DNA of 64,000 nt, from contig OZ287067.1 of the NCBI GenBank assembly GCA_965645245.1, positions 2,728,001 to 2,792,000 on the forward strand, written 5' to 3'. Below the pieces are notes generated by a model. That model made no database searches and was not told the DNA's origin. It saw only the letters and a list, made by a program, of their open reading frames with translations. This DNA comes from Massalongia carnosa. Its lineage: Eukaryota. Positions 1 through 9,538 of this stretch are shown here, in pieces (the stretch's first letter is position 1; every line of letters starts with the position of its first letter). The translations under genes and the position numbers were made by a program.

Positions 1-897
1 GTTTTGAGCAACGGTCTTCCTGCGCTTGCTTGTTTCAATTCCTCATCAATTTTCGTTTGGGCATACCTCAAGCCATCCTCATCGCGGGAGAAGTGGCTCT
101 TGGGAGCCACAACCGTGTGTGACTGTAGGAAAAAGGGCGGAAAAAATCGCTCGTAATCTGGCCGTTCGCTTTTCCGAGGAGTTGCAGTCACGGATCCACT
201 ACTCGGATTGGTTCCATCCTGTATCGATCCCACGGAACTTCGCCGGCTGCTTATAGGACTCTGACCTTCAGTTACTGGTGATCTGCCTAGGCTGCTGCTT
301 GTCTGCTGTGGCTGAATGAAAAAGGAATTTAGGCGCAGTTGGGACTTTACCGCTGTCAGCAAAGCCCCACTGTGGTTCACGCCAACGTACCTTGTCCTTC
401 TTCGTCTTTTCCTCCTCCTTCTGCTTTCTTTCGTCTTCTCTTTGTTTGATATGTGCCTCTTTGATCTTCCGCTTCTCCTCCTTCTCGATATCCCGTAACC
501 GTTTCTCGTCGTCTTTTTTCGTCTTCTCGTCAGCTCTCTGCCGTTCCTTTTCCTCTCTCTCCATTCGCTTCGCCTCTTGCTCGGCAATAGTCAACTTCCG
601 TCTTTTGTTTGTGGCTTTCGTTGTGGCTATTTCTGGCGTTGGCTGCGTAGGTTCATCCCCAGCAGGAGAGCCTTTGCAACTTGGCATAGGGGAACTAAGG
701 CAGGCTAGGTCTGCTAATGGCACCAAAACCTGTGAGGGTGTAAAGTCTAGTGCGGTTATAGCTTCTTGCTGCCCAGGCTGTCGTTTTACGTTTTCTGCAT
801 TGTTCTGCGGACCCTTATCAACATGCTGCATTTGAGCATCGTCGAAAGTGCGCTTAAGCAGATTGGAGGAAGCCATAGGCATTGCAACTGTGGTCAT
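1..897 (-). CDS. RLF2: Chromatin assembly factor 1 large subunit (CAF-1 p150/Cac1), 5' part; runs off the window start
   Basis: K/E/R-rich coiled-coil (KER) region; removing intron 345..390 (GTACGT...GCTGAC...AAG) gives KKDK|SQLRLNSFF, a PIP box directly after the KER domain as in Cac1. Confidence 0.85.
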
Positions 898-990
898 TGA
901 GGCTGATCAGCTTCTTAGAATTATATATCAATTCAAATTGTGGAATTAGAATGAAAATCTAGAAGTTGCCAAGAAGTCTTCAAACAGAAA

Positions 991-1056
991 GCGCGTGCAT
1001 GCAAGTTCAGACGACGCGTTCAAACGGCGAAGGTTTAATTTCGTGTCAATACGCGC
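991..1056. promoter_or_regulatory. MCB-like cell-cycle boxes upstream of RLF2
   Basis: ACGCGT at 1014..1019 plus near matches GCGCGT (991) and ACGCGC (1051), 95-160 bp upstream of a replication-coupled gene. Confidence 0.45.
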
Positions 1057-1133
1057 TAACCGTGCGACCGAGGTAAATCCGATGGACCGCACCCGGAGCT
1101 ACGCTCCAGGTGCGGCTCACCTCCATGACGCTA

Positions 1134-2839
1134 TCATCTCCATGACGCATTTCTCAAACTATTTACATTATATCCATTGATTGACCCTTTCAAAATGAAG
1201 CTATTCAAAATCAAAGGCTGACGTTCATCTATCCAGCTTTCAGCCTTTTTACCCACCAAGCCAAACCGTTTAGCTATCGCTTTTCCATAGAGAAATATTT
1301 TCTTTTGTCTAGCCGTCTCAGCACGCTTTTGACGACCCTCCTCCCTTCCCACCTCTTCTTGGGTACGATGTAGGTGATTTTGCCTCACATCTCGAACGGT
1401 AACGATTCCTCCCTTCTGAACAACGGTGCCAGCAAGCTTTTTCGGGCCCTTTTAGCTAATGCAGCTGTGTGTGTGGCTTGCAAGTCGCGTTGCGTCAATT
1501 CTAGTAAATTAGCGTTTGCAACCGACCCTTTGATAAAACGTCGCATTCTTTCTGGAGTAATTTCTTCATTATCATTCATTCGCTGAATAATGTTTTCCCC
1601 TTCCTTAGCAACGTCTTTGGGCTTTTTGGGGGTATGAGGTAGGATTATTGTCTCCGAAGATGATATTGGTAGTGTGGGTAATGCCGGATTTAAAGCACGA
1701 ATTTTGGTCAAGACTACCTCCGGATTGTAAGGTATCAACCCAGTTTTTTCCCAGGCTGATTTGATAGTAGATGATTTGAATGCCTTTGTACGAAATTGAT
1801 TGAATGCGGCCAGAAAATCCAGACGATTGAATTCAACGTCACCCAACCGAATGGCGTTGTCAACCGCTTCAGCATGATAATGTTTCATTGGCTGAAAAAC
1901 ACCAACGTCCAATGGCTGCGTCAAATGGGTTGAATGGGGGGGTAATCTGAATAAACAGATCTTATTTTCTTTCGAATATTCCCAAAATTCATACGTTAGA
2001 TGAGATCCATATCCATCCAACAAAAGAAGCCTAAACGCTCCTTTTTGAACATTTTTTGAATGAGCATTAAAATGCTTTAACCACTCTAATGCTAGACAAT
2101 CATCCGAATAGCCGCTATCGCTTGTAGTCAACACGATATCATCTTTCAAATCATTCTCTAAGGCCCATTTGTGAAGTATGTTGACCCCTTTCAAAATCAA
2201 AAAGGATGGAACGCTTCCGCCAACTCCATTGATGCATTCGACCGAAGTTATATAGTCTCGATTGTCTGGATCAGCGATCATAATTCGGTTATGTGATGAT
2301 AGTGTCACCACCAAATGGGTTACCCCACAGCCAACTCGAAAGCCTGTCTCATCCATATTCCATATATCATCTGGAGTTATACCAAGAAGGGCGACAGTCG
2401 ATTGAAATGAAGAGAAATAAGTTTGAATATGCGTAACATTGTGAGCGTTTTTCCTTTCGGCTGCTAATGGCTTGCCTTTTTGCATGAAAAATTGGGGATT
2501 TCTTTTCAAGAATCGTCCGGTCCAGCATTTTCCTACGCGGGTGAGAGAAGATGAAGACGAGGAAGGATGTTGCAATTGCAACAAATAATTAGCTGCACCG
2601 CGAATCAATGGCAATCTCATTGATAATTCAATATACTCCTTCAGGGCTAGTTCTTGTGCAGCAGACAGCCTCATATTGACTGCTTTTCGCTTGCTATATC
2701 CATGTAGTCTTCTTTGAAATAGACGAGGTGAAATATCGAATTCTTTGGCACAGGCTGCGGCTGATTTGTATGTGTTCTTTGCAAATGCATCTAAGGCCTT
2801 TGCAATGTTAGCCTCTCGTTTCTTGTACGAATCAGACAT
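1134..2839 (-). CDS. pogo/Fot1 transposase (HTH + DDE_1); 1-nt frameshift near 1438-1442 separates the C-terminal tail
   Basis: Motifs WNMDETGF, LLLLDGYGSH, LPPHSTHLTQPLDVG; adding one A restores RARKKLAGTVVQKGG and the frame runs to a stop at 1134 inside the left TIR. Confidence 0.9.
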
Positions 2840-2890
2840 GATGTGGTTGAATAATAAATGGTTGATGATAGATGATAGAAATTTTTAAAA

Positions 2891-4036
2891 ATGCGTCATG
2901 GAGATGAAAAAAGACGAAACAGAGTCTATCAACACATATTAGTGATAGTAGATCGTTTAACGAAAAGACGATTATACGAACCACTAACCTCTCTCTCTAC
3001 TGATGAACTGATGGATGCGATGTCCAGGAGATTATTCTCCTCTTACGGATTTCCTATATCAACAGTCAACGATCGCGGTAGTCAACTAACCGCTCACTTA
3101 TGGAAAAGAGTTTGCGAAAGATACGGGGTGAGAATCAAATTTTCATCTGCACATCATCCCGAAACAGACGGTCAAACCGAAAACGCCAACAAGGTAATGA
3201 AAAATTATCTCCGAGCATACGTCAATTACACACAAGACAACTGGGTGGATTATCTTTCAGACGCAGAGTTTGCAGCCAACAATCATGTAAATGTAGCAAC
3301 GGGAATGACTCCATTCTTCGCAGACCATGGCTTCCACCCACGCTGTGGCATCGAACCACCAGGCACATACGAAGGAAAAGGAAAAGCAGAGATACTGCAT
3401 GCTGACAAAATCATAGAACGGCAAGAAGCCATGCGAACCCGGCTCCGAGATCAATTAGCCTGGGCTCAGGAAGAACAAACACGACACGCAAACAAAGGCC
3501 GTCAATCTCACCCCGAATACAAAATCGGGGACATGGTTTATGTAAACGCCAAGCACTTTGCTTCAGAAAGACCCAGCAGATCATTAAGCTTCAAGAACAT
3601 AGGACCATGGAAGATAATAAGAATTATCGACAATAAAGCATACGAATTAGAGATCCCGGATCAGTTAAAGAACGTCGGGCTTACCCCCATCTTTCATCCG
3701 TGGAAGCTACATCTCGCACCTTCCAACCCATTCCCAGGACAAGTCTTACCGCCTGGACCGCCCATAGCCATAACCGAAAACGACGAAGAGGAGGCCCACG
3801 AAGAATGGGAAGTCCTCGAAATAATAGACTGCCGCGAAACAAGAAAGTTCGGCGTGCAGTACAAAGCAACCTTCATTGGAAATTGGGATGAATGGAACGC
3901 GAACCCTTACTGGCAACCATGGACAGACTTCAAGAATTCAAAGGACAAAATCCTCCAATACCATCGAGAACATCCACAGAAACCCAAACCACCAGATGAT
4001 CTAACAAAAATAGATTATAATCAAGAATGGAGGTGA
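2891..4036 (+). CDS. Ty3/gypsy (chromovirus) integrase core plus chromodomain, lacking the N-terminal HHCC finger
   Basis: IVDRLTK, VNDRGSQ and HPETDGQTENAN give the D-D-E triad; IGPWKII resembles GPY/F; chromodomain EWEVLEIIDCR...YKATFIG...WQPWTDF. Confidence 0.9.
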   Translation: MRHGDEKRRNRVYQHILVIVDRLTKRRLYEPLTSLSTDELMDAMSRRLFSSYGFPISTVNDRGSQLTAHLWKRVCERYGVRIKFSSAHHPETDGQTENANKVMKNYLRAYVNYTQDNWVDYLSDAEFAANNHVNVATGMTPFFADHGFHPRCGIEPPGTYEGKGKAEILHADKIIERQEAMRTRLRDQLAWAQEEQTRHANKGRQSHPEYKIGDMVYVNAKHFASERPSRSLSFKNIGPWKIIRIIDNKAYELEIPDQLKNVGLTPIFHPWKLHLAPSNPFPGQVLPPGPPIAITENDEEEAHEEWEVLEIIDCRETRKFGVQYKATFIGNWDEWNANPYWQPWTDFKNSKDKILQYHREHPQKPKPPDDLTKIDYNQEWR

Positions 4037-4175
4037 GCCGCACCTGGAGCGTAGCTCCGGGTGCGGTCCATCGGATTTACAGTCCCGTGCCAAAAGTCTG
4101 CGGCCCAACCCGTGATTTTCGTGATTTCGCGTTTTCAACTCATCAACCCCCCATCTTCCACCTCATCATTTCACG

Positions 4176-5261
4176 ATGCTTCATGCTTCTTTGACCCCCA
4201 TAAGTGGTAATCGGCCTCGTAACACTGAATTGACGCCATATCAACATGGCATGATTGTTGGGGCCCAGGCGTTGGGGCACACACCGACCGAGATTGGGAA
4301 GACTCTTAATTTCACTAAACCGATCGTGCAGAGCACCATTCAGAAGCACTCAATTCGCAACGACGGCGTGTCTAAATCACGTTCTGGACGGCCTGAAGTG
4401 CTGTCAGAACGCGATCGACGTTATATCATCAAGCATGCACGAATCAATCCACGAATCACTTATGCACAAATCAAACTAGAAGTGGGGCTTGGCTGCAGTC
4501 GTACGACCATTTATCGGGCACTCAAACTGTATGGTTTAACCAACTGGGTGGCTAAAAAACGACCTTTATTGACGCCTGAGGTGGCCAAGAAACGATTGGA
4601 TAGGTGCTTGCTGCGGCGTGAGTGGACTTTTGAGCAGTGGTCAAGAGTTATATGGTCAGATGAGTGCTCGGTGGAAAAGGGGTCAGGAAAACAGCGTCAG
4701 TGGGTGTTCAGATTGCCGAAAGAAAAATGGAATAAAGAGATGATACAACCTGTCCCCAAAGGCAAAGGAGTCAGTGTCATGGTTTGGGCAGCTTTTTGGG
4801 GAGATGACAGGTCAGATCTTTACAAATTGGCTCGTGATTTTGCTGCGAAGAAGATGGGGTACTCGGCGAACTCATATCTGGAATTATTGAACGCTAATCT
4901 GCTTGGAAGTTGGCAACCGGGCCTTATTTTCATGCAGGATAACGCACCTATACATAAGGCTAAAAAGGGGATGGAATGGTTCAATGAGAACGGCATAGAG
5001 GTCATCGATTGGCCCCCCTATTCACCTGATTTAAATCCCATCGAGCACGTTTGGTATGTGCTCAAAAAGCTCGTCTATCAAGTCAACCCGAACATAGATT
5101 TGGTGATTGGCAGTGATGAAACTGTTCGTGAGGTACTTTGGAAAGCGTTAGAAGAAGCCTGGACGTTGATAGATGTGAAAATGATGAGGAGGTTAATAGA
5201 GAGCATGAATAGGAGGATAAAAGCGTGTATAGCGTCGGAAGGATGGTATACTAAATATTAA
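4176..5261 (+). CDS. Tc1 transposase, uninterrupted ORF
   Basis: N-terminal HTHs with RSGRP; catalytic motifs WSDE, MQDNAPIH, WPPYSPDLNPIEHVW. Confidence 0.95.
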   Translation: MLHASLTPISGNRPRNTELTPYQHGMIVGAQALGHTPTEIGKTLNFTKPIVQSTIQKHSIRNDGVSKSRSGRPEVLSERDRRYIIKHARINPRITYAQIKLEVGLGCSRTTIYRALKLYGLTNWVAKKRPLLTPEVAKKRLDRCLLRREWTFEQWSRVIWSDECSVEKGSGKQRQWVFRLPKEKWNKEMIQPVPKGKGVSVMVWAAFWGDDRSDLYKLARDFAAKKMGYSANSYLELLNANLLGSWQPGLIFMQDNAPIHKAKKGMEWFNENGIEVIDWPPYSPDLNPIEHVWYVLKKLVYQVNPNIDLVIGSDETVREVLWKALEEAWTLIDVKMMRRLIESMNRRIKACIASEGWYTKY

Positions 5262-5442
5262 AAATCAATTTTTGGGGGAATTCTTGTTTAGTAATCATTA
5301 TGTAAAGTTTCAAGACATTTCAGCAATCGTGACGTGGTTGATTGTTGATTGAATAGATGAGATGGTTCTATGTCACGTGAGGCCCCTGAGTCAAAGTAAA
5401 TTAAGAATCACCCTCTGAAAATTCTTTCCTCATCCACTTCTT

Positions 5443-5690
5443 CTCACTCGGCCTCATCCATCTCACTGACTCGTCGTCGACCCCACGTTGTCTCGGTGCC
5501 CCTACCTCGCTGTCAGTGCTTGCTGCTTTTCCTCACTCGGCCTCATCCATCTCACTGACTCGTCGTCGACCCCACGTTGTCTCGGTGCCCCTACCTCGCT
5601 GTCAGTGCTTGCTGCTTTTCCCATCTCACTGACTCGTCGTCGACCTCACGTTGTCCTCGGTGCCCCTACCTCGCTGTCGGTGCTTTTTCC
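5443..5690 (+). repeat. About 2.8 copies of an 89-bp tandem repeat in the retrotransposon leader
   Basis: Identical units start at 5443 and 5532; a 5'-shortened, slightly diverged third unit starts at 5621. Confidence 0.95.
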
Positions 5691-5692
5691 CA

Positions 5693-6706
5693 ATGACGAA
5701 CACCCGTTCCCAAAGCACCCCGATGGACGACATAGTCCCCGACTCCCAGGAGATTGTCGGATTGACGCAGGCCCAGTCCAATCAAATCTTCGCCCTACAA
5801 AAGAAGAAAGCCGAGGCAGAAGCGAAGGCGGCCGAGGCTGAGGCCAGAATTGCCGAGTCCAAGGCATTGGTCGCCGAGAAGGAGGTGGAAAAAATGCAGC
5901 TAGAAATCGACTGCATGCGCCGAGAATCTGACGCCCGAATAGCGGCCGTCATTCCTGCTGGCAAGCCGAGTCGTGTCGTCGGCGATGACGACGAGGACCT
6001 AGGTGAGATCCCTCTCGAAGTAAGAAGTATAGCACCCCGTTTCGCGGGCCTACCACAGGACGAGATCATCAAGATCTTTTCAAATAAATTCAAAGCCATC
6101 AACCTCTCCCGCCTCCGACACATGCACGGCATGCAATACGAGTCCTACAAGGATCAGGACCGCATCGGCATCGAAGACGGCGCCTTGAGGTTGAGAAAGG
6201 CATCCGGGACCTACAAAGATTTCGGAAAGACAGTTCATGACGTCTGGACAGAGAGCTTCATCAACTACACCTCGATCATGGTCAGTCTTTTCGGGAAATC
6301 GAGTCAACAGCTTCACGCCACCATGTCGGCATTCCACGGAAAAATCCTCACGCTGGCCAAGGTGTACGGGTGGCAGGAAGCAGTCCTCCCCCTCACCATC
6401 GAAACCCACACTCACATCATCGCGTCTCAGCCATCCGACGCATCCCAATGGAAAATGCCCGACGAATTCCAAGCTCGATTCTGCACCCCCCTCACAGTCC
6501 TACGCCGTCGCCGCTCACGATCCCCGCCGTCCCGGCGACCGACCCCGAGAGGAGACAGGGCCGATAGGGCCGAGAAGGCAGCGGGGGAAATCTGCGACAA
6601 GTACAACAGCGGCACCTGCACCTGGCCGTCGTGCTACCGACAGCACAAATGTAAATCGTGCGGCGCGGCTGGGCATGGCCAGAAGACATGCCCAACGAAG
6701 AAATAG
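5693..6706 (+). CDS. gag-like ORF1 of the YR retrotransposon
   Basis: N-terminal coiled coil; C-terminal CCCH finger followed by the CCHC knuckle CKSCGAAGHGQKTC. Confidence 0.85.
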   Translation: MTNTRSQSTPMDDIVPDSQEIVGLTQAQSNQIFALQKKKAEAEAKAAEAEARIAESKALVAEKEVEKMQLEIDCMRRESDARIAAVIPAGKPSRVVGDDDEDLGEIPLEVRSIAPRFAGLPQDEIIKIFSNKFKAINLSRLRHMHGMQYESYKDQDRIGIEDGALRLRKASGTYKDFGKTVHDVWTESFINYTSIMVSLFGKSSQQLHATMSAFHGKILTLAKVYGWQEAVLPLTIETHTHIIASQPSDASQWKMPDEFQARFCTPLTVLRRRRSRSPPSRRPTPRGDRADRAEKAAGEICDKYNSGTCTWPSCYRQHKCKSCGAAGHGQKTCPTKK

Positions 6707-6751
6707 GGGGTTGGTGCAGGAGGCAGTAGAATAGCTTCAATAGCTGAATTC

Positions 6752-8456
6752 ATGACGTCCCATCCCTGCTTACCTGCACCAATCAGACCAAATACAATCC
6801 CTTCGTTTCAACTCGTAGACGCATCTCGTCAGCGTTTGAAAGACAGCCCATCTCCCCTCGTACCGTCCGCATGGGCAACTCTACTTCAAGAGTATCCGGG
6901 CCCCCTCCGAGTCCATCTGCCCATGATCCTTCGTTTCGGAGTACAAATCGGATACGAAGGCCCCACAGACATCCTTCGGATCGAAAAAAATCTGACATCA
7001 GCGAATGAGGACCCGGAAACGATCGAGAATAAGCTCCAAGAGGACCTCAGGAAGGGCCGAGTCAGACGAATAGCCGCCCCGAGTCAGCCATTTGTGGCCT
7101 CCCCCCTCGGCTTGGTCCCGAAACATGACGGAGGATGGCGACGCATTCATCATCTGTCTCATCCCAATCAAACATCAGTCAACGACAACATTCCAGAAGA
7201 GGCATCCAAATTACAATACGCCAGACTCGACGACATTATTCAATTGATTTCTGTCAGCGGGCAAAGGTGCTGTCATAGTGAAAAGAGACGTCAAAGACGC
7301 CTTTCGAAACGTTCCCGTCGCACCTCATCATCAATGGCTTCTGGGTTTCGGATGGAATGACGAATTCTACACCGAGACATGCCTTTCGTTCGGACTGTCG
7401 ACGGCCCCGTTCATCTTCAATCTTTTTGCGGAAGGCTTTCATTGGATTTTGGAATCCTTTCTGCAATGGAGATTACATCACTATCTAGACGACTTCGTTG
7501 CAATTTTCCCATCCGAGACATCGTCAGAACGATTGCACCAAGAAACAAAAGCCTACAACATTCTCACCGACATTCTTGGCATCCCGAGAAACGACTCAAA
7601 AGACGCCGAGGGAACGACAGCGACAGTCTTCGGACTCGAGGTCGACACCATCAACAGTCTTATTCGTCTGCCAGCGGACAAGCTGGAAAAAGCGAGAATC
7701 ATCACTACAAAGGCACTAAACGAGACGACAATCAGCCTCGGCGACATGCAGTCAATAGCGGGCTTCCTAAGCTTCTGCGCACAGGCAGTCAAATTGGGCC
7801 GAGTCTTCTTACGATTATTCTGGAATTTTATAGCCTCATTTCCCTCGGGCAGTCATCGTCGGGTCAAAAGAAGAATTCCCACATGGGTCAGACAGGATCT
7901 CATCTGGTGGAACAAACTTCTAGTGGACTTCAACGGTATTGTCTTCTTCGAGACGTCAACACGAGACACGATCAAGGTGCATACGGATGCATGCCTCACG
8001 GGTCTCGGAGGCTATTTTCAACAAGACAACGAGCTCGTGAATCAAAAAAACGCATGTAGGGCCCGAGTCCTAGTCCTCAATCAGGAAGGATCACCGAGCA
8101 TAAACGTCCGAGAAGTCGAAGCTATCCTTCTAATCCTTCAGAAATGGGCGCCGACATGGCGACATCGACAGATCCTTGTCTTTACCGACAGCAACACAGC
8201 ATACACAGGATTCACGAATCTAACCCTCAAGGGACCGGCCAACGCGCCTCTACGAGAAATACTGTCCATAGCTGCAAAGTGGGACATCGTACTACGTTGT
8301 CAATGGATCAGTGGCACTTCCAATGGACTAGCAGATGCCCTGTCACGTTTTGATGATGAAAGATTGGCTAACTTTTGCCCTCATTGGCAGAACCCATACA
8401 ATTCGATGAACCTCCCTCCACCTACCTATCCTCCACACCAGGGTCAGCCCTGGTAA
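6752..8456 (+). CDS. Reverse transcriptase / RNase H with a +1 frameshift at 7263-7265
   Basis: LGLVPKHDGGWRRIHHLS, KRDVKDAF, LSFGLSTAP, HYLDDF; RNase H TDAC..E..TDS..NGLADALSR; deleting one A joins the two ORFs (SGQGAVIVKRDVKDAF). Confidence 0.9.
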
Positions 8457-9538
8457 AACGTCTCGTCTGGCACGGACACTCGGCGGACACGAGAAAAGGG
8501 TACGGGACGGCGATCGACTCATACGAGGCATTCTGCGCGACGACGGGACGCACGTCGTGGCCTGCAACAACCGAGTCCCTCGAGGAATGGCTAGCCGGTC
8601 GACTATACGGGGGCGGCACACCCAAGCAGGGAAAGATAAAACCAGAGACGGCAGCGAGCTACCTCGCCGGCCTCAGATCATACCATGTAGACCGAGGATA
8701 CGGCCTCACCCCATTCGAGGGGCCGAGACTTCAATTGATGCTGAAAGGGGGAAAAAGGATCTTTTCTCAGACAAAAAGAAGACGCCTACCCATTTCAAAA
8801 GAATTACTGACAAAAATCACCAGTATTCCCGCTCATTCGGCCGAAGACCTCAACATCGACGCGACATTCAAAGTTGCATGGGCAGGGTTCCTCAGACTCG
8901 GGGAAATCACCTACACTGTCGCTGATCGTAAGAAGACATCTTTTCAGAGATTGAAACCTACACGAGGTGACATCTCATTCGCCGAGAACGATCAATACGC
9001 GACATTACGTCTCAAAAGAAGCAAAACAGACACAAATCACTCAGGAGTTCAGATAGTGCTGGCAGCGACCAATGAGAGCACTTGCCCCGTGACAGCACTA
9101 CGGCGTCTTTTCAGAAATGATCCTCAGCCATCTACATCCCCGCTTTTTCGTCTCGGCACCGCATTCACCAGAGCCTCCGTCATAGCATCCCTGAAAAAGA
9201 GACTGATAGCCGTCGGCATCAACGACTCGGCATACTCGGGACACAGCTTCAGAAAAGGAGCAGCACAACACGCCGCCGACCACGGGATGCTGGATGAGAG
9301 TATTCAGAGACTCGGAAGATGGTCATCAAACGCGTTTCAGCTATACTTTCAGACGTCCCAGGCCTCACTATTCAATTTGAACCTCAGTTTTCAAAAAGGC
9401 ATCCCTCTAGCAGTCCCACGTGCTGTCGTCGCCGAGACGAATCCTACAAACTCCTACCCCTACTCAATTGGGCATTCCATTGGGCGTACAGGTCAACCAG
9501 GGCATCGATCCGGAGCGCCGCCGGGCACCTCCATCTAG
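8375..9538 (+). CDS. Tyrosine recombinase of the YR retrotransposon
   Basis: Catalytic set FLRLGE, KRSKTD, HSFRKG, GRWSSNAFQLY; overlaps the RT ORF. Confidence 0.93.
   Translation: MPSLAEPIQFDEPPSTYLSSTPGSALVKRLVWHGHSADTRKGYGTAIDSYEAFCATTGRTSWPATTESLEEWLAGRLYGGGTPKQGKIKPETAASYLAGLRSYHVDRGYGLTPFEGPRLQLMLKGGKRIFSQTKRRRLPISKELLTKITSIPAHSAEDLNIDATFKVAWAGFLRLGEITYTVADRKKTSFQRLKPTRGDISFAENDQYATLRLKRSKTDTNHSGVQIVLAATNESTCPVTALRRLFRNDPQPSTSPLFRLGTAFTRASVIASLKKRLIAVGINDSAYSGHSFRKGAAQHAADHGMLDESIQRLGRWSSNAFQLYFQTSQASLFNLNLSFQKGIPLAVPRAVVAETNPTNSYPYSIGHSIGRTGQPGHRSGAPPGTSI

Larger units (their letters stand above)
1076..4077 (-). mobile_element. pogo/Fot1-family DNA transposon carrying a captured retro-integrase
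   Basis: Perfect 51-bp outer TIRs 1076..1126 / 4027..4077; inner TIR parts 1134..1152 / 2889..2907; TA TSDs at 1074-75 and 4078-79. Confidence 0.95.

Noticed and set aside
2891..4036. A complete LTR retrotransposon nested in the pogo element
   Set aside because: No LTRs, gag, RT or TSD; only the 3' part of pol is present
5443..5690. Repeat array as a CRISPR-like locus
   Set aside because: Head-to-tail units with no unique spacers, in a eukaryotic retrotransposon leader
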